Shown: piece after piece, positions 1 to 11,008 of the stretch
How the letters are laid out: every line of letters starts with the position of its first letter
Numbering within the stretch: position 1 is the first letter of the stretch
NCBI GenBank assembly: GCA_044892525.1
Contig: CM097885.1
Location: 4,280,001-4,344,000 of the forward strand
Direction: 5' to 3'
Source of the DNA: Schmidtea polychroa
Taxonomy: Eukaryota
DNA: 64,000 nucleotides
Made by a program: the position numbers and the translations under genes
The notes under the pieces: model-generated
Database searches by the model: none
The model's input: the letters and a program-made list of their open reading frames with translations, nothing else
What the model was told of the DNA's origin: nothing

Positions 1-722
1 ACAAGGTTCTGTCAAATGTGATGACAACTGAATGGTAATCCCCTGACCGTTGCGATTCTTGTTAGCAATTTATGTTCAGGGCGACTGGATCTTACCGAGT
101 TGATGATTACATCATCGGTACAGTGGCAGATTACAATAACGAATTGATATACCTAAAGGACAATGCTTATAGACGATTAATTTCTGCTATTATCGAGCAA
201 ATCACGGTGGAATACGTAAAAAATTTGCTTGTCAAGTACTTCCTTTTATGTTTCACTTCCCATTTCTGTTGGTTTTGTCGCAATTTTCTTTTTGATAACT
301 TTCCAGGTCACCCCGATATCCATCACGTTCATTCCAGGGTAGCTCTTAAATGCAACTTGCTCCAATGTTACAGTATTATTGCTCCTATTGTTTTGATTAA
401 ATCATGTTTCCATACTCCCTCCCCATCGTTCCATTCCGTATGAGCTAGATTAATAATTTCAAATGGTGAATTTCAAATAAAATTTTAAGAATATAATAAT
501 TCAATATTCCAATTTATTGATTTTTTATTTCATAAATTATATTATATATTTCGGTTATATATCAAATAAATAATAATTTGATTTATATTTAATACTGTAT
601 ATATTACTGACAAGTCATAAGTAAAATATTAAAATAAATAACAAGGTAAACCTTTGAAAATAATTATCTCATAATAGGAAATTTTCTAATTTAATCTAAT
701 GAATATTTTTTGCAGCAAAGGC

Positions 723-723
<1 letters not shown>

Positions 724-800
<77 letters not shown>

Positions 801-1220
801 TATAATAGTTATTTATAAATAATAATTAATTATAATAATAAATATAAAACATTAATAAATGATAAAAAAAAAAATATTTAATAATTTGAATTAATAATAA
901 ATAAAAATAAATAATAATAAAAATAATAAAAAATAATAATAATAAATATATAATATTAATAAATCATATTAAAAATAAATAATAATAAAAATAAATTATA
1001 ATAAAAAGAATAAAAAATAATAATAAAAATAAATTATAATAATAATTTATAAATAATAAATAAATAATAATTAATCATAATAATAAAAAATAATAATAAG
1101 AATTAATAATAAATAAAAATAAATAATAAAAATAAATTATAATATTAATTTATAAATAATAATTATTAATAATAATAAATATATAATATTAATAAATCAT
1201 AATAAAAATAAATTAAAATA
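724..1220. repeat. (AAT)n microsatellite and degenerate extension
   Basis: Direct reading. Confidence 0.95.
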
Positions 1221-2229
1221 GTTTCAGTATAATATAAAATTTTCGGCTTTATAAATAATGAGGATTTCCCTTTGCTGTACTCAGTGACATGAAAAGTGCT
1301 CATAACATTTACAACTATACCCTAATAATCATTTGCCATCAGTAATAGTAAAACCTCTAATAGGCGACTTAGTCTGAACCCGGAAGACCGGAAACGAATG
1401 GGAAACAAAATGTATAACGAAGGAGATAAATTGATAGCATACTTCACAACGGAAATGAATCTCAATGCGACGGTTGGGAAATATTTTCTGTTTGATATTT
1501 GTGATTTACATCAGGATTAGATCACCTCGTGCGTCCAGGTTATCCCTCTGATTGCGCAATTACTCCTTAATTCTGACACTGGTATGATTAGGCTAGATAT
1601 CAATGTGAGTTCCTGGCTTTCTTTTGTAACCTTTTCATCTGATTCTTCTGTAGACACTTGTGAAATTCTTCCCCGGAATCAGAAAGGAACAGCTAATTAG
1701 CCTATTAATGTTGAGGGGGGATATTAAAATGGCTGATGCTATTGAGGTAAATGAATAGGTCTTTTGATTGCATAATAGCATTGCATCATCATTTAGATTG
1801 CTGCCGACTACAATTATTGCTCTGTTGATGATAAGACCAATTTATTCATTAAGGTGGCTGTTGCCATGGGCCAAAGTTGATTTATTTATAATAAATTATT
1901 TTTTCTATTCTGATTTGATAATTATTTTTTTGGATTTCCATTGTAATAATAATAAAAACTGGCTTGTCGCAGTCTCCTTGTGTTCTTTAATCAATTTCAT
2001 AGCAAATCTCTCAACATATTTTCATTAAATAAACAGAAACATTTTTTACATATTGGAAATCAATTTATAATATTGCTAATCATTAAAATTGATGTCAAAT
2101 ATAAATGAATATTTTGTTTAGATTATCTTGTTGTTCTTTCAACTGTGATTTTGCGCTTCACTTCAAATTAAAATTTCTATTCTATTGGTAGTAAACATTT
2201 TCAAAACAATTTTACCGCATTTGTATATC

Positions 2230-2633
2230 AAAAAAAAATTTCTGGGCGCTTTATATTTTTTTTCTTAACGAAAACACCTAATTTTTTTTTGCAAGCCCTT
2301 TGTTGTTTTTTCCCAGCTCACCAATGGTTATAACTATTCACCAGATAAAAGCTCAAATGGATTGTGTTATAAACCCAAGTATAGTGTCGGTAATCATATT
2401 TGAATATCTAAATTTTCTGCTTCACCATTTATTGAAGTGAAAAGTGTTTAATTTCAAAAATATATACTAAATGGAATCCTGTAATTTATGACATTAAAGA
2501 CAATGAAAATAATGAATTGGCTTGGGAAAAAATTTAAGCAAAAATTTCAAGTTATTCCAAAACCAACAGTATTGAGAATAGAAAAAATATTGAAAACTAA
2601 AAAATAGGAAAGAATAAACAATATTATGTCAAG
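2230..2633 (+). pseudogene. Decayed Polinton/Maverick retroviral-type integrase C-terminus with start of chromodomain
   Basis: Frameshifted translation: QLTNGYNYS..KPKYSVGNHI*ISKF..ISKIYTKWNPVIYDIKDNENNE..LGKKFKQKFQVIPKPTVLRIEKILKTKK..GKNKQYYVK. This resembles the Polinton integrase pattern KPKFKVGDKVRISK..P.TY.L.D..E.I.G.FY..ELQ..IEKIL..G..YLVKW. Confidence 0.7.
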
Positions 2634-2637
2634 CGAC

Positions 2638-2790
2638 ATGGATATCAGCAAAGGATCTAGTAAAGTGAATTTCAATGCTATTTTACCGAGTAATAGTTAT
2701 CCTAAAACCCATTCAGATAATCAAGCAAGGAAATTCATGGTCAATGTAAATCCGAATTAGAAAGTTGATTTGTTGGATTTCACTTTTGTG
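2638..2790 (+). pseudogene. Decayed Polinton minor capsid (penton) N-terminus
   Basis: MDISKGSSKVNFNAILPSNSYPKTHSDNQARKFMVNVNPN*KVDLLDF resembles the penton start motif F..LPSNS....DN....F.V; it lies directly after the integrase, an order I recall from Polintons. Confidence 0.6.
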
Positions 2791-2854
2791 TATATGTTAG
2801 CTTTCTTGGCTAGATAAATGATTAACAAAAAATACTGCACGTTTAAGTATATAA

Positions 2855-3135
2855 ACAACTCGATTTCAATAATAAAGTAAATTTAAATTATAAATAAAAC
2901 AAATTTGATTTACACAATTTATAACGAAACACTCCCAAATACAATTACCCTAATTAAATGCCTCTAAAAATCTGAAGTAAAGATATCGGTTATGTCCAAA
3001 CGTCCTCGGGTATTTCTAAAATGGTGAAAGCTGGATTCTAATCTTTCTACAGCTTCGCTCAAATGTAAAAGATAAAAGATGAGAGATTCCTAAATTATAC
3101 GCGATCACTTGCTACCAAGAATCGGTAACAAAGTT
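2855..3135. repeat. Dispersed repeat, copy A (homologous to 17805-18650), possibly LTR-derived
   Basis: Shared blocks GATATCGGTT..TCCAA.CGTCC..GGGTATTTCTAA..AGCTGGATTCTAAT.T.TCTACAG..AGATAAAA..GAGATTCC. Confidence 0.7.
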
Positions 3136-3831
3136 TCCTAACGATCTACCCTCTCAAATGTTAAATCTACAAAAGAAAAACTAGACAAAACAGTTACATT
3201 AATATAGCTGTTGTCTCATTTCCTCGCTCAAATTTGACGATGAGTTTCAAGCAACTGTTCGAAACGTTCTAATCAATTTTAAATTGATAACCGTTTTCTG
3301 TTGAATAAAAATCGGTAATGCTTATACAACCATTAGATAAAAAACACCTTTTGAATTGATTTAATTCTCGTGCAATAACTTTCTGTCAACTTTCACTGTG
3401 TTCAATTTATTTCCAAAGTTTTCAAAATCACTGTCGTCATTTTTATTCTCATTTTTCTCTTTCTGATATATTCACCAAATATTCCGATATTTATACATGA
3501 AGTCAAATTTAATCTTTGAAATTTATATGCAGATATCAGACGTTGATCACTCTTAAATTCCACTTTAGTATGGTGTGTTGTCCCTTGGTCAGTCTCTGAC
3601 GTTTGACCTTATATATCAAATGAATAATGTTAATTCAATAATTAACTAATTTTAGTAATAATAAATTACTAAAAATAAATTTTTTTTTATTAATTAATTA
3701 CTATAAGTTGGCTAAAATATCACTATTTATATTTCTATTCTATTTTTAGTAATTGTAAAATTACTGTTTTTATTTATTTATCAAACTATATTTTCCTCCA
3801 ATCTCTGTTGGTCTAACCCTAACATCTAAAC

Positions 3832-4149
3832 CAGAGCTTTCCAACCGGTGTGTCGGCAGCGCTGTATAGGTGTGTCGCGTGAACATAATGAAAAGCGACA
3901 GAGTCCCTTAATTTTATAAACTTTTTAACGATTGTTAGACTGAAATACAATACACATATATAGTCCGTTGTGTTTTAGCTGCAAGAACGCTTGTTTACCC
4001 TATTTATTAGTTAATCGTTGGAATTCGATATTTATATTTAAATATGTTTCATTGTCTCTTGTATAACGGTTCACCATATGGTGTAAGTTGTATGACGTCT
4101 GGTTTTCTGGTAAAACTGATTTGCTGTGTCGCGAAATGATGGAAGTCTA
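3832..4149. mobile_element. Truncated hAT (Charlie-like) MITE
   Basis: Left end CAGAGCTTTCCAACCGGTGTGTCG follows an ATCTAAAC target-like flank; subterminal GTGTCGCG repeats; right TIR missing. Confidence 0.5.
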
Positions 4150-4485
4150 ATAATTGAACTAAAAATATATTATTAAATTAATTAAATTAAATACCATTGT
4201 TTAAATAATCCGGTTTTTCCAAAAAATCATCAAATTCAATATAAAAAGAAAATGGATTATTCAACTTCGCAATCATTAAATCTCGTCAAAATCAATAAAT
4301 CAAATATGTCAGAAATTCAAGAAACAGAAACTTTCGTCTTATTAGCAATGATCTCTCTGATGATGGTCAAGATCTTCAGCAATCTCCATACAATCTCCAG
4401 ATCAAGTGTTCGTGCTTTCGTTGGTATATTGACTATTGGAGAAGATATGACAATTATTTACTGCAATGTTAATTTGAATAAAATC
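4148..4485 (+). repeat. Dispersed small-ORF element, copy 1 (inverted homolog at 63383-63734)
   Basis: Alignable over ~340 bp, including the AT-rich leader, ORF (MSEIQETETFVLLAMISLMMVKIF..) and terminal AATAAA. Confidence 0.85.
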
Positions 4486-4544
4486 GAATTAATTAATTTT
4501 AAATTCTAATCTGTTTTAGAGGGTATCTTTGTGACGACATCAAC

Positions 4545-4929
4545 CAGTGGCGTAACTAGTGGACGCAGGACCCTGCGTTGCGCGGGCCCACCAGCTATAG
4601 GGGTCCCAAAATTATTACTAAAAAAATATTTACAATAATTTTCTGAAACTTTTTTCCCGCAGTTATATTTGCCTACAAACATAAAACTATCCTTGGATAG
4701 CGACTGCTGTGAATAACTATGTATTAAACTTTAACCGAAAAATTTTTTTGCAAATTTGAAGGCAAGGAGGAAAGATTTTAATATTTAAGGTCCATTAAGT
4801 TTTAGTTTCATTTTTGTATTATTTTTATGATATATGAAATAAATATCTAACTTGTTTTTGTTAAAAAAAAATTATTGTGGAATTATTTTACAATGCGCGG
4901 GGGGCCAAAATTTTGAAGTTCCGCCACTG
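4545..4929. mobile_element. hAT MITE (Tip100-like ends)
   Basis: TIRs CAGTGGCGTAACT / AGTTCCGCCACTG; 8-bp flanks ACATCAAC / ACATCGTC (6/8 match, TSD). Confidence 0.8.
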
Positions 4930-5388
4930 ACATCGTCGGCAAAACAAATGATGAGCATATTGATGAAATAGTCAAAATAGGCATAATGATGGTGTCGATA
5001 CTTCTGAAATATATTGTGGAGATTGTTCATGCAATTAACCATAAATATTATTATAAATATTATCTTCAATTGTCAATAAGTCATTAAGTAAACCTATAAT
5101 AAAATTAGATTGATTCATTTTATCAAAATATTGACAAGAACACGATATTTGTTCTTGTTGAATAAATCTTTAACTGGAATGTTAATGCATTTGAAATTCA
5201 TTAAATTCTTAGATTTGTGTTCACTAGATTGAACTTGTCCATTGATTATCGAAACAATTCGCCGACCGCTTCTCATTCTTTTTCTCAGTGAATTGCGATT
5301 TTTATTATATTCGTTCAACGAGTTAATGATTGAATCATTAAAATAATGTTTCATGTCACTCTTCATCGATTTTATCTTTTCTGTATTT

Positions 5389-6240
5389 TGTTGGGTTATT
5401 GAGTTGGTGACAATATTTGTAAATTCAAACCTTTAATCTGGCTCCAAAGCGTGTTTATTAATTCACAATTCAACACTCTCGAACACAATAAGCTTTATTA
5501 ATATCCACACGTAATAGTACAAATTTCAATTACAACCAATTAACTATAACCAATTTATCACACAGAGCTTATTTCGACACTACCTGAAGAATAGCCCTTT
5601 CTGTAACAACAACAATAATCACTAGCCCTCAACTACTCTATTACAGAATATGTTGATCGATTGTTCTATTTGCTTTGACCACACAATTTATTTACTCCAC
5701 TTTTACTTTATATTCAATTTTATAAAAGATTCTTGTCACTTCTCTTTTCACTCTGTTTTGATTCCCCTTTTTACTCTGTCGTCTTTAATTTTACTTTACT
5801 TTTTGCCTCTAATTTCGTTTCGTTTTGCTCTCAACTTCGTTATGTTTCCATTCTACTTTTCGCTCTAAATTTGTCTAAATTTGTTCTCAATTTGTTCTGA
5901 TTTCTCGTCCACCAGTTTTCCTTTTCCTCTACGTCAGCCTTATATCTGACAGATGTCAAGATATTTTCCCATTTTCCTATTCTGTTAAGCCGCCTTCTCC
6001 CGACAATTTCGCTATCTTTGACAAGCAGTCAAGATACGGCTTTTTCATTATTTTGTTTTTCTGGAATTTGAAATTCCACTTTCATTTGTACTTCTTAATT
6101 AACAATGACCTTTGTTTTAATTTCTTGTTTGTTTCCTTTTATTTCATTTATCTTTCTCATTTCTAATTTCTTTTTACTTCTGTTTTCTTTTCTGAGTTCC
6201 CATAGATCGTCCAATTTGTCATGACGATCTTCCCCCCAGT
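5389..6240 (-). mobile_element. Possible LTR of an LTR retrotransposon with polypurine tract
   Basis: On the minus strand, GGGGGGAAGA (PPT-like, ~6228-6237) precedes a purine-rich non-coding stretch with AATAAA signals ending ...CCCAACA at 5389; no TSD or second LTR seen. Confidence 0.3.
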
Positions 6241-6725
6241 TAATTTATTTATTTATTATGTTATTTTTCTTTTAGGTATCCTCAACAATTTTTTCTGCAA
6301 TATGCATTGTTATCAAAATTGGTTCATCAGAATTCGGAAGAACATCCGGATTCAAATCAGTATTATTCAAAGATTTTTCTTTATCAATAATTCTGTATCA
6401 CATATAATAAACTTTATTGGTAAATATTAAAATTCCCACAAAATTTAATTTTCGAGATTTTTATTCAAAATATTTACTAATCAAAACAAAATTATATTAT
6501 TATCCAAATAAAGAATTCAAATTAAAAAATCAGGATTTCAGAACAAACAATTCCAGAAATTGATAATCATAAAATATCAACAAATAAAAAGCACCAAAGA
6601 AGCGCGCATACAAACACGATAAAGATCCAAAAAATATATAAAAGTGCACACAGGCGCGATAACAACTTATACACGCTCACACAGAAACGACAAAATAGTT
6701 AAACTAGATTGGACGAAACAATATA

Positions 6726-7486
6726 CACCTAATTCCGAAATTTAATAACTCCTATAATCTAAAAAAAAATCAATAAATATATATTATAGGAATACACAAA
6801 CTTACCTGTGTGTAGAAATTTATTGTTCCGAAATTTAGTAACTTTATTATAGGTTTTGTGAAGGTGAGAGAAAAATAATTGAACACACCAACACAAAACA
6901 CATAATGAAAATTGCATGCAAAATTATTATATAGGTTTTTGTTCCGAAATAAATAACTGTTAACATATTGTTAACATATTGTTAAAATATTATTATTTTA
7001 AAATTATTAAAAAATGCAAGAAAATACTTTTAATTTAGATTCCGACCGCTCTACCTTGAGCTTTAGGGAAAAAGAAGAAAATACAATGTAAGTTTTATTC
7101 ATTAAATTACAAAACCTTAAAATATTTTATAAATATAAAAATATCTAACTTACATTTTAGCGAAATAATTCCATATTAATGCATAAAATATCATAAATTT
7201 CCTAAAAAACACCTGAAATTTAATTATTAATATATTTATAAATGATAAATTATAAATGATGACTAACAGTAATATTTAAGAACTTGAATAATGATCTCAT
7301 AATTATATAAAATCAAAATTCAAGTCTTAAAATATACTTGAAATTAAAAAAATTACCTGAAAACTATTTTTAATAAATTGAATAAATGAAATTTAATAAC
7401 TTCATTTTCACGTAAATGGTGACTCACCTCAACTGGTGTGCACACCAACGTGAATTATAGAGGTTACTCAATTTCGGAATTGGGTG
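6726..7486. mobile_element. Tc1/mariner-type non-autonomous element (IR-DR-like)
   Basis: 33-bp TIRs CACCTAATTCCGAAATTTAATAACTCCTATAAT vs CACCCAATTCCGAAATTGAGTAACCTCTATAAT (rc); TA on both sides; internal repeats of TTCCGAAAT.TA.TAACT at ~6826 and ~6942. Confidence 0.8.
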
Positions 7487-7543
7487 TACATTTAATGTGC
7501 AATACTAATACATGAATCTGATTGTCTGTTGCATACAATAAAG

Positions 7544-8120
7544 CAGCGTTTCCCAAAGGGGGTTCCGTGGACTGATAGCAGGGGTTCCGCGAACTTTTTG
7601 TAAATAAATAATTTATAAAAAAAGATTTATAAATAAAGATAAATAAATAATTCTCGATTTTATTCGATCCAATTTAAAATTCTTTTTCAATTCTTTTTCA
7701 AAAAGAAACCACAGTTTTTCCAATAATATTGTTTTAAAATACGCATTAAAAATACGAATTTAAAATTAGTTTTAATAATATTTGATAAGAGTAAGTTATT
7801 TTTTCATTTTTTGAAAATAATCATATGACTATTTTTTTTATTATCGATAAATTTTGTGAATAGTTAACTCAAATTTTTGTGATGATGGAACGTGGTTAAA
7901 ACAAGGGACTTTAAAAAATAAAAACACTTCAATAAGTGCACCTACTGCTGACAACAATACTGTTGAAGATATTTCTGAATAACCGAAGCCTAACACTTTT
8001 ATAAAAAGTGATCATTCTTAATAAAAAAAGACCAACAAATGAGTCAATCTTGTGTATAAGGTTCAGTCAAAAATGTGAAATCAAAAAGGGCGCCGCGGTG
8101 AAAAACTTTGGGAAACGCTG
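7544..8120. mobile_element. hAT (Charlie-like) MITE
   Basis: Perfect 15-bp TIR CAGCGTTTCCCAAAG and perfect 8-bp TSD CAATAAAG. Confidence 0.95.
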
Positions 8121-8242
8121 CAATAAAGGTATTGTAAGCGATAAACAATTATTAGAGATCGTTTGAAGTTAAAAATGTTAAAAAAGCTTTTATTAATTAG
8201 TTCAATATTTACAATACAACGATAAAGTAAGGAAACAGTTAA

Positions 8243-8463
8243 CCCTTTCTAAGGCAAAGAAAAAGTAGGTCACACACACTTGTCTGTCAGCTGTCAATAA
8301 ATATAGCGGGAAAACACATCTATGGTTTCAAATACTATAAATTTGACTCTCTTGTGGCTCAATATATGTCAGTAGTTGTACCAAAAGTAAAAATGATTAC
8401 CGACAGCGTTATTTTTATTAGTTTAAAATGGTGTACAGTATATTGTCACCACCTTAGAAAGGG
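8243..8463. mobile_element. piggyBac-type MITE
   Basis: Perfect 12-bp TIR CCCTTTCTAAGG with TTAA on both sides. Confidence 0.9.
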
Positions 8464-10132
8464 TTAAATCGGTTAAAGGAGAAAATGAAACAAAGTGTGT
8501 TTGCCCAGATACGGTTGTGCTTTTAAATTTTTGTTGACAATAGTAGATAAGCCACGATGGTTGAAAGCTCCTTCAGTAAGAATATCAGAAAGAATGGATT
8601 ATTTAGAAAACAGTTTTGAACTGCCATAAAACTTAAGGAAAGGTTCATAAAAAATACAAGATTTTGAATATTTGAATAGAACCATTTCGACTATCAAAAT
8701 TGATTTAAATCTTTCAATACGTAAATTGAATGAAATTCGAAAACTTAATGTTAAAATAAATGATCATCTTCTATATTCCATAAAACCGTACTGTTGGAGT
8801 TCCAGTAGGTCGACCAAAATGCAGAAGCGTACATAGGGGATGAGTATCTCTTACGATCACAGGATTCCGAGTTGTTACACACTAAGAGGACTCCAATTGA
8901 TCATTTCTCAACGACTTCGCATCATGTTGGTGCTGTACCAGGTCGGCGAAACACTCAGAGCACATGAGCCCCTATCTTAGGACTACTCTTCGTTGAGGTT
9001 TCTATTCCAGGTTCCGGACTGCCGTTAGAAGGACTTACGTCGTTAGATTCTCTATAAACCGTGACCGTTTTATTCCAGGAATGGATTTCTCATATCATGA
9101 TCTCTAAAATCTTTTTCTAGCAAAACAAAATAGTATGAATAATATAAATGGTGTAAATGAAGTCAAGACTTCATCCAAATGACTTTATTCAAAATAAACA
9201 TTAACACAAAATAACAACAACAAAAATTAAAGTCCCTGCTTGTCAATGAGATTTCAGTTTGGGTGTACTCTTCAGAAACTGCTGGCTCCTGTGTCTGCCA
9301 AAAGGGCATCCAAGTCAATAATATCATCGATATCCTCCTCCCAAGGATCACCCTAAATTTCTCCGATGACCTTGTATTCATAGCCCTATGTGCCGCTGTC
9401 TGAGCTTCGATCTCGTTGTGTCGGGGTTTTGTTTGTTTGGCCCGAGTTAGTTGTTTTTGCCTGGATTTTCTAGTAGGGGCAGATACGCATCTGATTTTCC
9501 CGACTTTGCACTTAGCTGGACCATCCGCCTGATGATGGGCGGGTAGACATTGTGTTCTTCGGCGATTGGTATGCTGACGAGCTTTCTCGTGACGGCCGAG
9601 AGCACGAAGACTTTGTGAAGCCTTCTGACTGTTCCTTTATTAAGAGACGTTGAGTGTGACTTTTCTCTATCAAACTGTCACGGCTATGTTCACTTCTCAG
9701 TAATTTCCTTCATCTGAACGGGGGTAAACCAAGTCCTCTCTAGATGGTCAAATTTTCTCTTCAATAACCTAATCTCCGTCTGCATGGTTCAAATAGTTGC
9801 GTTCTTATCGGGACACGAAAAACAGGGTTTGAGCGGTGGTTTTGTTACCGAATTCTAGGTCATAGTCTAGAATAGATGAGTATCATATAACTCGCTGATA
9901 AATGTCGCAAGGCAGAGAAATAAACTGGTAGTAGGAAATGAAGTTAGAGTGACAGCAATGATTATCAGTAGTGGTTAGGCTCTGGTGATGACATTAATCG
10001 TTCATTAAAACAAAGCAGATTCAACATTATTCGGATTTCTAGGGAAAACAATTTGCGATCGAAATCTAAACTTTGCAACGCTCATAAAATTTTATAGTAA
10101 GCTGATATAGTAAGCTTTTAGAATTTATTTAA

Positions 10133-10367
10133 CCTTTTAGATGCGAGAAGCGAATAAATCCGAATACTATTGGATAGACCTTTGTTTATACTTGTAACAA
10201 CCCTTCGGGAGAAATTTTTTTAATATAAACTGAATGTATTATGTCAATTGGTTGTTCTACACGTGTTTGAAATCAAATTCAAATCACAATTTTATCTTTA
10301 ACTTTGTTTTTGAAGGATAACTGACACATTTCCTGACTTTATGAAATTTAATTCCCCACTTAAAGGG
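10133..10367. mobile_element. Degenerate piggyBac-type MITE
   Basis: TTAA flanks; ends CCTTTTAGATGCG / CCCACTTAAAGGG (imperfect TIR). Confidence 0.5.
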
Positions 10368-10470
10368 TTAAAATATAAAAAATGATCAAATTTTAATTAA
10401 AAACAAAATTTCCATTAAATTTCAAATATATTTTTAAAATTATAAGAAAATACCTGTCAAACATTCATTT

Positions 10471-10509
10471 CACGATAAATTTCGGCAGTTTTCCTGTCAT
10501 CATCAGGTG
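10471..10509 (-). ncRNA. Minimal type I hammerhead ribozyme (PLE-associated), copy 1
   Basis: Minus strand CAC-CUGAUGA-U-GACAG-GAAAA-CUGCC-GAAA-UUUA-UC/GUG: core CUGAUGA and GAAA, stem I CAC/GUG, stem II with one mismatch, AUC cleavage triplet. Confidence 0.8.
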
Positions 10510-10747
10510 GGATATAATAACTCATTAAATTAAGGATTTTAAACAAATTTATTAATTATATATAAAAAAATTTTTATTTTATAAAATCATTTAATTATTT
10601 TTAAAAAATTATACTTAAATTAATATATTATTTTTTTTTAAATTTTTAGCAATTAAAATTTAATTTAATAATTAAAAAATTTTTTATTAATTATTCAATT
10701 TAATACAACAATCAATACATACAATATAAAAAAACCTATTTAAAAAC

Positions 10748-11008
10748 TTATTTAAAAACATTCAAAACACAAGTATTTACTGCATCCTGCACATTAATTT
10801 TCGGATTCAATGATTTTATCAACAACGCCTCACAAATTACACGTTCCCAATAATTATCGAAATTTTTTAATAAAATTTTAAAATCAGACATACCTATTTT
10901 AATCTTACAGCCCTTATTGTGCTCACCAATATGGGTCAAAGCCTTCGGTCTACAATGTTCTCGAGCTCGAATACTGAGATGAAGGAAAGTCTCTCCAATG
11001 TATGTGGC
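10748..11008 (-). pseudogene. GIY-YIG endonuclease fragment of a Penelope-like element
   Basis: Open frame ATYIGETFLHLSIRAREHCRPKALTHIGEHNKGC...ERVICEALLIKSLNPKINVQ: YIGET, R..EH, R...EAL.I and P.IN motifs; 5'-truncated. Confidence 0.9.

Noticed and set aside
72..443. 123-aa ORF at the window start and other 60-125-aa ORFs (1768, 12040, 20776, 29760, 36931, 57442, 61440)
   Set aside because: No recognisable domains or consistent splice context; lengths compatible with chance or decayed TEs.
3234..3270. Hammerhead-like TTGACGA...CGAAACGTT
   Set aside because: C3 missing, stem II poor, no stem I pairing and no adjacent Penelope sequence.
8780..10050. GC-richer stretch suggestive of retroelement pol
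   Set aside because: Probably TE-derived, but I could not recover RT, RNase H or integrase motifs in the frames read; left unassigned.
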